Shown here: positions 44,966 to 53,622 of the stretch, piece by piece
Layout: each line of letters opens with the position of its first letter
How positions within the stretch are numbered: the stretch's first letter is position 1
Virus record (IMG/VR): IMGVR_UViG_3300036853_000446
Location: 343,635 to 407,634 of that record
DNA: 64,000 nucleotides
Strand: one strand, 5' to 3'
Program-made: the position numbers and the translations under genes
The notes under the pieces: generated by a model
What the model was told of the DNA's origin: nothing
Database searches by the model: none
The model's input: the letters and a program-made list of their open reading frames with translations, nothing else

Positions 44966-47900
44966 TTAGTCTCCGATTCTCGGTTTGAGCGAAACCTTAT
45001 GACCGAGCACAATCTTCGATAGATTCGATGCATCGAGGTTGAAGCGCGCGCCGTCGTGCGTGAGCGGCCGTCCCGAGATGCGATAGAGGTCTGCTGCGGA
45101 AAAGCCTTCCCCCGAGCCCTGCGTTCCGCAGAGGACGAAGGCGGGCACGGTGTTGGTCGTGTGCCTGCGAATGGCCGTGGTGACGATGAGAAGCATCAGC
45201 TCGCTGCCCGCGGAGACCTCGGATGCCCCGATCGCGGTGACCGTGTTGCGCACCAGGTAGGCGATGCCACACAGGGTGGCGTTGCTCGTGACCGACGGCT
45301 CGAGCCGCGCAAAGGCTCCCGCCAGCTCGCCGCCGGGGAACGGACCAGATGCCACGAACGCCGAGCCCCCGCGCGTGGTCCTGTAGTTCGTCAAGACGGA
45401 CATGTTGCCGGTCTCGCCATCGACGTGCACGAGGACCTGCCCGGGCCCACCGCTGCCCGGCGTAGCTGTCTGGACGGGCAGAGCGACCTGTTCGAGGGAG
45501 CTGCTCCGAGCCACGTTCACGAGCTGGCCAAGTGATGGATCTCTGAACAAGAGGCCGACCGCTCCCGCGCCAGAGTCGATGGACTCCCCACGGAAATCGC
45601 GCGAGCCAAACAGCGCTCCCATCGGCAACTGCTCCGTGCACCCGTGGTAGCTCGTGCCGAGCGCGAAATGGTCGTCAGCGCTCGACAGGGCGCCATAGGA
45701 GTACGTGGGACGGGGCGAGACGGGGTTCTCAGGTGGATATAGAGCGGCGTTTTCGTATCCGGCACTCCGGAAGTCGAGTTCGCCCCTCGTGCTCGAAAAA
45801 TCCCCCGCGATGCGGCCCGTTCCGAGCGTCGTCATGAAGCCCTTGGACGCCAAGACCTGGAGGACCTTCTGATTCGGCTTCGTGAGCGATTTCTCATCAA
45901 TTTCGGTGTAGCCAATACTGTTCGCGACGCCCGACGTCAGCGGGCCGACGCTCTGACCGATGTCCTGCTGACTGAGCTGACTGCCCCAAGCATCCCCCTG
46001 GTAAGGCGTGCGACTGTAGGTGACAGCGATCGAGTCCGAGTTTTGCGAAGGCGCGGGCACAACCAGCGACACACCACCCGTCGGGACGTTTGGGTTAACC
46101 GTGGCATTCTGCGCTGGCACACGGTCCTTCGTGAGGACGATGCGACAATCCTGCTCGAGGTCGAATGCGCCACGATCGAAGCCGAATATGTTTGACTCGA
46201 TGACATAGTGCGCGGCCTCAAACGAAGTCAGGGCGTGCGGGCTTTTCGTGATATCGATCGCATCCGCATTGAGGATGAACGTCGAGTCGCCGTCATCGTC
46301 GATCTCGATCCATAGGACGGGCCCATCGAAATACTGGCGTAAGAGGTTGACAGCGCCCGACCCCGTCCGGCTACGGGTCGAGGGGTCGTAGGCAGACCCG
46401 GCATGGGTCCCCGTCTTATAGTCGTCAGCGTCGTAAACCGCAAAGAGTCGTGCAATGCCGTAAAAAGGAGGGAGTTCGAGCCCTCGACGGCCCAGTCCTC
46501 GTTTGTCATTGAAGAAGCGGGCACCCGCGAATGACGTGCCCCCATCCACAAAGGCCACATTGAACGTTGCAGGCGTCCGTGTCGATGCAATGGTGCCCAA
46601 CTCAATCGTTGAGAACGAGGCAAATGTTCGAGCCGGTGGAAGGGGGACCAACGTCCGAATCTCCGAGGTACTGAGATTTCCTTCGGTGACCAGGAACCCG
46701 AAGTTTATACCCTCTGGGAATGTAGCGTCCGTCGTATGACGGACAGGGACATGAACAGCTCCCCATCCAGGTATGAGACTTCTAGGCAAAACGATATACG
46801 TGTTTTTTCGAGTGGCGGTCGTGTCGTACATCCCGCTGAACAGATCGAGTGGATCAGTTCGTGGACCCCACTTATCGCTCGGGTTCGGCATGAGTCCATC
46901 CGCCGCTCCGGACCCGTGAATCACGTCATTCTTGATGGCTTGAAAATGGTTGACGGCATCAGTGCCAAACGAACTTGAGGGGAGGGCAACTTTCCTAAAT
47001 GGTGTCAGAAGGAGTGTCTTGCTCCCCGGATCGACGTAGCTCTCCGCAGTCGTAGGCAGCTGTCCAGCAAACATGCCCTTCCGAAACTTTGACCATAGTG
47101 GCGCCCACGCGGCACTCATCGGAACGTGATTTGCCGGGATACCTTGCTGCCTCGTCAAAGTCCCCGAAGTCGGGTTGAGAAATGCCACGCTGTGCACGCT
47201 GTCCGGCTTGCGGGCAAGGCCTCGTCCAGCTCCGTACTGAACATGAAAGGTGATGAAGAGGGCCTTCTGCACGCCGCCCGTGAAGGCTGACCCGAGGGTA
47301 ATAACCAGATCTGAATTGATGCCGCTGGGCGTCGCAACAGTGAAGCCTGCGCTACCGACAGCGAGATCACTCGCGTCGCCCGCGATGCGGATCTTCACCA
47401 CGGGTTGCGACGCAGCGTCAATCGCCGGGAACTGCACCTGATCGCCGTCCGATCCAGGCACGGTGTTGTCTTTGAACTGTGAGATCGGGACCGTAATGAT
47501 GTCCCCCTCGGAGAACTTCCCGTCTGTGACCGCAGTGCTCGTCGCGATCAAGTTGAGGTCCCAAACCGCAGAGATCGCATGTCCGGAGCGATCTGGCGGG
47601 TTCGCGATGAATTCGATCGGCTGCAAACACGAAGCGTCCGACCAGATCTGCCGAATGTTGTCTGGGCTATCGAGCCTCGAAACCCCCAGTGCAGCGGCGG
47701 ACGCTGAGATCTTGTCCTGGTAGAGAACGAAGGGGCCTTGAGGCCCGGCCCCGGACCGCTTCCAATTCGCGCGCAGCTCGCCGCGCAAGAGTTGGTCCAG
47801 AGCCTGGTCGAGTAACGACGAATACTCGAAGCCGCTCGGGTTGACCATGTGTCGCAGGTCGAGGATGTCCGTCTTCGCAATCTGATCGGCGAAGAGCCCG

Positions 47901-49081
47901 TCGGGACGCCCCGGAAACAGGGTAACGGGCGTCCCCGGGGCATGTGACTCCGCCTTGCTCCCAAGCTGGCCACGGATGATCGTCGCCGTCACGCCCGTGA
48001 TTGACGGGTACGACATGACCTCGTCGCCGACCTTGATCAATACGGGCGTCGCCGGGGTCCCGAGAGGGAGCGCGATGTTGGTCACCGTCGAGAGAGTCAG
48101 CGTTGTTTGCGTTGCCGACATCGGCGCGGCGAGCACGGCTACGGCTGTGAAGTTCCTCCAACCCGTACGGTCGATCGAGGTCGGGTTCCGGTTGAACGCT
48201 CCGTTCAAATTCTGCCCTGGGTCTCCGTCCCAAGGAACCGAATTGCGCCGGAACACGGCGCACATGGGAATGGCGTACGTGTAGCCGTCGACGGTCCCGA
48301 GCGAATTGGCGGTGCCGTCCCCCGCGCGCCAGAGGCCCGGGTCCCCGAGCGCCTGCCGCATGTTCGTGAACTGGTGCGCTGTGTCCGAACCGGCCGCGCC
48401 GCGTCCCTTGACGTTGGCCGGGTCGAAGCCATCCGGGAAAGTCTGAAGACCTACGAGTCCCGTCACGACACGAATCCGGTACTGGATTTGAACCCGCTGC
48501 GTCGTCTCGAAACCTAAAGATGGATCGATCATGTCGTCCGAAAGGAACGAATAACCCCCTTCGACATTGCCGTAGCGATAAACCCCCGAACTCGACGGCT
48601 TATTGAGAGCGCTCGGGCTCGGAGGAAGCCGTGCCTGCCACACCTCCAGAAAAACAACATCGATGCGCCCCCCGCCCGAGTTGCTTGGCGGAGGCGCCAG
48701 CGTGATGCGGTTCCAGGTGTCTGCGTCGTTCGGTGCGCCCGGCGGCGTACCCGTCAGCGTGCCGGTCACGGGAATGAGCCAGCCGTTGACCGAGGCCCAC
48801 TGGATAGCCTTCATCTCGCCCGTGCGCTGCTGCCCGAACCGGAACCAGTTCGACCACGTGGGTCTCGTAACGTAAGAGTCGCTGTCTTGAATGCCGGTCC
48901 CGAGCCATCCCGACGGGGTTGTCTGGCTCACAACCGAACGCAGCGACTCTTGGGAGATGTCCGAGAGGAGGCTAAACTCGGCATCTAACGGGGGTCGGCC
49001 CTGCTGGAAGATGACGTTCGTAAACTGCGTCTGCGCCGCATCGACGACTCGTGAGACTCCAGGACCGTAATTCTTAACCAT
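44966..49081 (-). CDS. large virion structural protein (baseplate/tail; DUF6519-like N-terminus)
   Basis: VIFQQGRPPLDAE motif; paralogous to 53623..56316; Gly/Thr/Ser-rich. Confidence 0.65.
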   Translation of the reverse strand: MVKNYGPGVSRVVDAAQTQFTNVIFQQGRPPLDAEFSLLSDISQESLRSVVSQTTPSGWLGTGIQDSDSYVTRPTWSNWFRFGQQRTGEMKAIQWASVNGWLIPVTGTLTGTPPGAPNDADTWNRITLAPPPSNSGGGRIDVVFLEVWQARLPPSPSALNKPSSSGVYRYGNVEGGYSFLSDDMIDPSLGFETTQRVQIQYRIRVVTGLVGLQTFPDGFDPANVKGRGAAGSDTAHQFTNMRQALGDPGLWRAGDGTANSLGTVDGYTYAIPMCAVFRRNSVPWDGDPGQNLNGAFNRNPTSIDRTGWRNFTAVAVLAAPMSATQTTLTLSTVTNIALPLGTPATPVLIKVGDEVMSYPSITGVTATIIRGQLGSKAESHAPGTPVTLFPGRPDGLFADQIAKTDILDLRHMVNPSGFEYSSLLDQALDQLLRGELRANWKRSGAGPQGPFVLYQDKISASAAALGVSRLDSPDNIRQIWSDASCLQPIEFIANPPDRSGHAISAVWDLNLIATSTAVTDGKFSEGDIITVPISQFKDNTVPGSDGDQVQFPAIDAASQPVVKIRIAGDASDLAVGSAGFTVATPSGINSDLVITLGSAFTGGVQKALFITFHVQYGAGRGLARKPDSVHSVAFLNPTSGTLTRQQGIPANHVPMSAAWAPLWSKFRKGMFAGQLPTTAESYVDPGSKTLLLTPFRKVALPSSSFGTDAVNHFQAIKNDVIHGSGAADGLMPNPSDKWGPRTDPLDLFSGMYDTTATRKNTYIVLPRSLIPGWGAVHVPVRHTTDATFPEGINFGFLVTEGNLSTSEIRTLVPLPPARTFASFSTIELGTIASTRTPATFNVAFVDGGTSFAGARFFNDKRGLGRRGLELPPFYGIARLFAVYDADDYKTGTHAGSAYDPSTRSRTGSGAVNLLRQYFDGPVLWIEIDDDGDSTFILNADAIDITKSPHALTSFEAAHYVIESNIFGFDRGAFDLEQDCRIVLTKDRVPAQNATVNPNVPTGGVSLVVPAPSQNSDSIAVTYSRTPYQGDAWGSQLSQQDIGQSVGPLTSGVANSIGYTEIDEKSLTKPNQKVLQVLASKGFMTTLGTGRIAGDFSSTRGELDFRSAGYENAALYPPENPVSPRPTYSYGALSSADDHFALGTSYHGCTEQLPMGALFGSRDFRGESIDSGAGAVGLLFRDPSLGQLVNVARSSSLEQVALPVQTATPGSGGPGQVLVHVDGETGNMSVLTNYRTTRGGSAFVASGPFPGGELAGAFARLEPSVTSNATLCGIAYLVRNTVTAIGASEVSAGSELMLLIVTTAIRRHTTNTVPAFVLCGTQGSGEGFSAADLYRISGRPLTHDGARFNLDASNLSKIVLGHKVSLKPRIGD

Positions 49082-49277
49082 TTGGCATCTCCATCTGATC
49101 CGTCCCGCTTTACTTACCCATGCTCGTGTTCGGGGCGCCCCGCCTGTATCGAATGGTATCAATACAATCCCGATTTGAACGACCTACCACGACGTCTCGC
49201 GAGAACTTGATTCAGCACCATTTTGGCTTTGCGCCAAATATCTAGATCAACGAAAGGGCCCCACCCGTACTGAGATC

Positions 49278-49844
49278 ATGAACGCTTCGAAGACCCTTCT
49301 AGCCCTCCTCGCCCTCCTCGCGGTTGGTTGCGCACAGAGTACTTCAGACGTCAGAGTCAGCGGGTCGGCTAGTTCAGCTCCACCGGCAGCGGCGACAGAA
49401 ACCGCACCGGAAAAGGTCGATCCACAGCCCTGCGGTCTGGCACTCGACCCAGTCCCTCAGTTGCTCGCGGAGACCACGGTGTCCGCCGCACGTTGGTCTG
49501 CGGCAACCGGCTGCGATGTACGAGTCGAAGTTGGCGGCTTGCCGGTCCGTTTCGCGACTCCTGAAGAACTGACCATGGAGGACGGTGGGCATGCACGCGG
49601 TGTGGCGTCGTTCGGCGACGACGGCCAAGTCAAGTTCATTGGTTACCGCAGCGGCTCGATGAATGACTGGACGGTCGATATGACACTGACACACGAGCTG
49701 GGCCATGCACTCGGCTGCCACTCGCACACCAACGATGGCAGCGTGCTCGACTCGCCGTCTCAGCTCTACTCGAAGATCACTGCCAATGCGCTAGAGTGTG
49801 TCTGCGCCTCGCTCAACTGCGAAGTGTTCGTTCCGGAAGCGTAA
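49278..49844 (+). CDS. lipoprotein metzincin (matrixin-like) metalloprotease
   Basis: Lipobox LAVG-C; HELGHALGCHSH zinc motif. Confidence 0.8.
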   Translation: MNASKTLLALLALLAVGCAQSTSDVRVSGSASSAPPAAATETAPEKVDPQPCGLALDPVPQLLAETTVSAARWSAATGCDVRVEVGGLPVRFATPEELTMEDGGHARGVASFGDDGQVKFIGYRSGSMNDWTVDMTLTHELGHALGCHSHTNDGSVLDSPSQLYSKITANALECVCASLNCEVFVPEA

Positions 49845-49850
49845 CCCCTC

Positions 49851-51164
49851 TTACACGAACACACGCGACGGGATGCTCTGATAGAGCTTTTGTGTCGTGG
49901 TGTTCAAGCCAAAGAGCAAGCCGTTGACGGCGACCACGGAGTCGATGCTGCTGTTCAGGGCGTGGAAGGTGACGCCGAGATCGTCGCTTACTTGAAGTCG
50001 ACCGTCGCCGACGAGGTACACGAGGCCGGTCATTGGATCGACTGCAACCTCAAGACTGGAAACCACGCTAAAGTAGACGAACGTCCAGTTGACGGCACCC
50101 GTGTCCGGCGAGCGATAGAGCCGCACCCCGCCCGTGTTGCGCACGGCCGCCAACCAGAAATAGCCGCGCGGATCCCAGGTAAGTGAACCGAAGGAGGTCG
50201 CGCTGCCCGTCGTTGAGCCCGCCGGAAGAGCCGTCTGCGTCCACGCGATGCCGTCAGCACTTTGAGCCATAAAGGTCGTGCTCGTTCCCGTATTGACTCC
50301 AAGGCAGAGCGAGCGTCCGCTCGTCTTCGAGGAGCAGAGCCGTTTGGGCTGGTCGCCGGCAACGCCGTTGAGCGATCGGCTCGTCCAGCTTGCCGCGGCC
50401 GCCGTGGGGGAGCTGAAGATGGCATTCGTGGTTGTCTGGCAGATGGCGAGCCACTGCGTGTTATTGTGGCTGATATCGAGTCCCGGATTGCCGCCGAAGC
50501 TGTTGGCCGCGGTCACGGTCGTCCATGACGCGCCCGCATCATCCGAGTAGGAAAGCGGCGATGTCGAGTCCCGCACCCCCGCAATGCGGGCGGCGAGGTC
50601 GACGCCAGCCTGCGCCACGGCTTTGAAGAAAATGAGGGGACCAGCGGCTTCGAGCGTGCCTTCGGCCGTCAACGGATACATGGGGGCATCCGTGAAGACG
50701 CGAATGAAGCCGGGCGACGTGGACGCACCGAGCGCGAGCGCCCGCCCGTTGGTGACCGGACTAGCGATCTCACGCATCGAGATCGCCAGCGAAAGGTTCA
50801 AAGGCGCGACAATCGTTGCGAGCCCATCGAGTGCAGCGCCAACATCGGCTGGGGGATCCGTCCAGCTGCTGGGCACTCCCGGTGCGTAGAGGACTTTCGT
50901 CGCCGTGCGCGAGGCGAGATCGTCGAGCGCCCCAGCGACCTCCGTCGGATCGGGGTCCGCCCAGTTGGCAGGCACCCCGGGCGTATAAACGAGGTCCGTT
51001 GCAGTTCGGGCATCGAGCGCGGTATCAACGATCGGAAGGACAACCTCAGTTACACCGCGCGTGTACCAGATGCCATTTGCGCCCTTCTGGATGATGTCGT
51101 TCTCCTCCGCATCAGCCGACGTTCCCGTCGAACCCAGCGCGCGCGGTAGACGTCGTTCTGTCAT
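49851..51164 (-). CDS. tail fibre / receptor-binding protein with Asp-box (BNR) propeller
   Basis: Two Y.PG.P..W..P..V..ALD.LA repeats; SDDAGASW, SPDTGAVNW, SDDLGVTF Asp-boxes. Confidence 0.65.
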   Translation of the reverse strand: MTERRLPRALGSTGTSADAEENDIIQKGANGIWYTRGVTEVVLPIVDTALDARTATDLVYTPGVPANWADPDPTEVAGALDDLASRTATKVLYAPGVPSSWTDPPADVGAALDGLATIVAPLNLSLAISMREIASPVTNGRALALGASTSPGFIRVFTDAPMYPLTAEGTLEAAGPLIFFKAVAQAGVDLAARIAGVRDSTSPLSYSDDAGASWTTVTAANSFGGNPGLDISHNNTQWLAICQTTTNAIFSSPTAAAASWTSRSLNGVAGDQPKRLCSSKTSGRSLCLGVNTGTSTTFMAQSADGIAWTQTALPAGSTTGSATSFGSLTWDPRGYFWLAAVRNTGGVRLYRSPDTGAVNWTFVYFSVVSSLEVAVDPMTGLVYLVGDGRLQVSDDLGVTFHALNSSIDSVVAVNGLLFGLNTTTQKLYQSIPSRVFV

Positions 51165-52975
51165 GGGGTGAACCTCGAGCCCATATCGGCGGTGAAGATC
51201 GTAAATGAGTCGACGTCGACCACGACGTTCGGCGCCCCGGCGCCTTGATAGATTCGCATGCCGAAATTCAGGCTCGGGGCCACCGGAATGTTAGCCGAGC
51301 CTCCCGCCAGCCGACTTCCGTTGAATATGGGGTCCCAAGTTCCATCGCTAAAGTAATACTCGAGCACGTAACGCTTGTTGACTACAACAGTCCCCGCGCT
51401 CAGCGTCGTGGACATCACACCACTCGCCTGTCTCAGCCCAACCACGCTCCCAGCGGGCGCCCCACCAACTCTCAAGAAGAGCCCGTTTGCGCCCAAGTTG
51501 GCCGCATCGATGTTGTCGCCGAAGCCAACATCGATCAAGTAAGCCACGCCTGGACTTGCCGTGACCGGTCTCAAAATCGCTCGGAAGCCGAGCAGTTGAG
51601 TGGGAGAAAACAGGTTGGAGGTTGGAAGATCTCCCAGGTGAATATAGCCGCTGGTGCCATCGGCGACCGTGCAGCGCAACACACCAACCTCACCCGCGAC
51701 GCCCGCTGCCCGTGACAGAAGCATGCCGTCTCCTCCGGCAGTGAATCCGTCAACAGGAAGGATGTTCGTGATGAGGCCGGCGAACTCCGCGTGCAAGGCC
51801 ACCTTTCGAGCGCTCCAATTGAACATGGGCGTCGACTGAAGCCGACCGATGCGTGAGTCGACTCGACCATCCACCCGCGCCAAAGCGGTGAAATCTTCCA
51901 CGAGACCGTGGGTCTCCGAAAGAATCGACCATTCAGCGACCGATTTCGCGATCAAGGTGACCGACCCGTAATTTTGCGCGATCACATATTGGGCTGTCCC
52001 GGCAATGCTGCTCACCCCGAGCACGCCGGAGACCTTGACGTTGTTCGTTGCCGCGGTGCCGTCGACGTCCGATATCGTCAGCGTGGCGCCGACCCGAATC
52101 GCAGTCGGCAGGGTGATGGTTTTCGTTCCCGCGACCCAGGCGGCGTTACTCGTTTGAACGAGGACGTGAATCTCGTTTGCCGAATTCGCGCTCCCGGCTG
52201 CCAACGAAATCGTGTCTGTGACCGTGACGACCGAGGCGGACTCGCTAACGGTGGTCCAAGCAATTGCCGCCGTCGATGACGTTCGGGCCAGCGTCAGGGC
52301 CCCTTGATTCGAAAGGATGACGGTACTTGGGCGTCCATCGATCAGGTCACTGCCGCCGCGCGTGATGGTGACGCTGTTGGCCGAACTCACCGTCTTGATG
52401 AAGACAATGACGTCGCCGAGCTGGGAACGCGCCGGCAGCGTAAGCGTGATGTCGCCCGTCGTCGTGTCGACGAGGACGACCTGGCTCGAGCCCGCACGGG
52501 GCAAGGTGACACTCGAGTTGACGGTGAGGGTTGCGGGCCTTTCCGAGATTGCGGCCCAGCCCCTATTTTCGTCGATGCAGACGAAGGACCGCGCTGGGAA
52601 GGGCGGCGCCCCGAGGCGCTCGGTGTCATTGAAGCCATGAATCGTGCCGAAGAGAGCGCCAGAAGCGGCCTGGATTGTCACTTCCTTGAGGCCACTGCCG
52701 CTGGCGCCTGCGCCAATGAAGGTGACCACGTCCCCGACGTGCGGTTCAAGAGGCAGCTTGATCGTGTAGGTGCCCGTCAAAGACACGACCACGGTCAGGT
52801 ATTTGCTCAACCGCGGTAGCGTCGTTGCCGAGCTGACCGTCAGAACTGTGAAATCAGATTCCTGGATGTTCGCAGGGGTCCCCGAGGGAATGGTCAGTGC
52901 GGACGCCGAAACGACGTTTGCCGGCAGTTTGCCAGGACCAAATCGCAGAGAGGTGGGTAATTTGACGGACGGCAT
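51161..52975 (-). CDS. tail fibre protein
   Basis: Three repeats of (I/L)(T/K)LP....(V/L)G..(V/I/L) beta-modules; lectin-like C-terminus; ATGA coupling. Confidence 0.6.
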   Translation of the reverse strand: MPSVKLPTSLRFGPGKLPANVVSASALTIPSGTPANIQESDFTVLTVSSATTLPRLSKYLTVVVSLTGTYTIKLPLEPHVGDVVTFIGAGASGSGLKEVTIQAASGALFGTIHGFNDTERLGAPPFPARSFVCIDENRGWAAISERPATLTVNSSVTLPRAGSSQVVLVDTTTGDITLTLPARSQLGDVIVFIKTVSSANSVTITRGGSDLIDGRPSTVILSNQGALTLARTSSTAAIAWTTVSESASVVTVTDTISLAAGSANSANEIHVLVQTSNAAWVAGTKTITLPTAIRVGATLTISDVDGTAATNNVKVSGVLGVSSIAGTAQYVIAQNYGSVTLIAKSVAEWSILSETHGLVEDFTALARVDGRVDSRIGRLQSTPMFNWSARKVALHAEFAGLITNILPVDGFTAGGDGMLLSRAAGVAGEVGVLRCTVADGTSGYIHLGDLPTSNLFSPTQLLGFRAILRPVTASPGVAYLIDVGFGDNIDAANLGANGLFLRVGGAPAGSVVGLRQASGVMSTTLSAGTVVVNKRYVLEYYFSDGTWDPIFNGSRLAGGSANIPVAPSLNFGMRIYQGAGAPNVVVDVDSFTIFTADMGSRFTP

Positions 52976-52987
52976 GTTCTAAGACCC

Positions 52988-53620
52988 TCAGTAGATGACG
53001 GACCACGAGCCCGTGTGGACGAGGCGTGACCGCGGACCCACGTCCAAAGGTCCGTTCATCAGAAATTCGGCGCGCAAAGAGCTGCCCTCCTCCCCTGGGT
53101 TAACCACCACGAGGGCGCCACTCGTCGTCTCGGTGTAGTCACCGGCGCCGTCGTAGTTCAGCGTTGCTCTGGCTGGATAGAGCCCTTCGGGTTGCTCCAC
53201 ATAGTAGCGCTCAATCCTGCCGTTTGAATCCACGTAACGCCACGTGTTGTGTTCGTAGACTAGGATGAACTGCAGCACCGTTGAGAACAGGTCAACCGTT
53301 GTCGTAGAGATATGGCCACCAATTGTCGACCGCGACCCGAGCTTACCCATACCTATGGGAAAGACGTCATCTGGGTCGAGGAGGTCATCATAAACAATCC
53401 TCGCGAATCCAGGGTACTGCGCCAGGATCCCCTGGTATTTCTGCGCCAAAAGGTCGGACAAATTGCTCGGGTTATCGACTCGAATGCCCTCCGGAATCTT
53501 TACGGGGATCAGACCATCGACACGGAACTCCGTCTGGGCTCCGGACGTCATGACGACATCGACGATGCGCGCGTCGGCGATCGTTGGAACATGCATGTCA
53601 AAGAGATAGTAGGTGCTCAT
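52988..53620 (-). CDS. virion structural region hypothetical protein
   Basis: Co-oriented, 2 nt after the upstream stop. Confidence 0.55.
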   Translation of the reverse strand: MSTYYLFDMHVPTIADARIVDVVMTSGAQTEFRVDGLIPVKIPEGIRVDNPSNLSDLLAQKYQGILAQYPGFARIVYDDLLDPDDVFPIGMGKLGSRSTIGGHISTTTVDLFSTVLQFILVYEHNTWRYVDSNGRIERYYVEQPEGLYPARATLNYDGAGDYTETTSGALVVVNPGEEGSSLRAEFLMNGPLDVGPRSRLVHTGSWSVIY

Positions 53621-53622
53621 CT

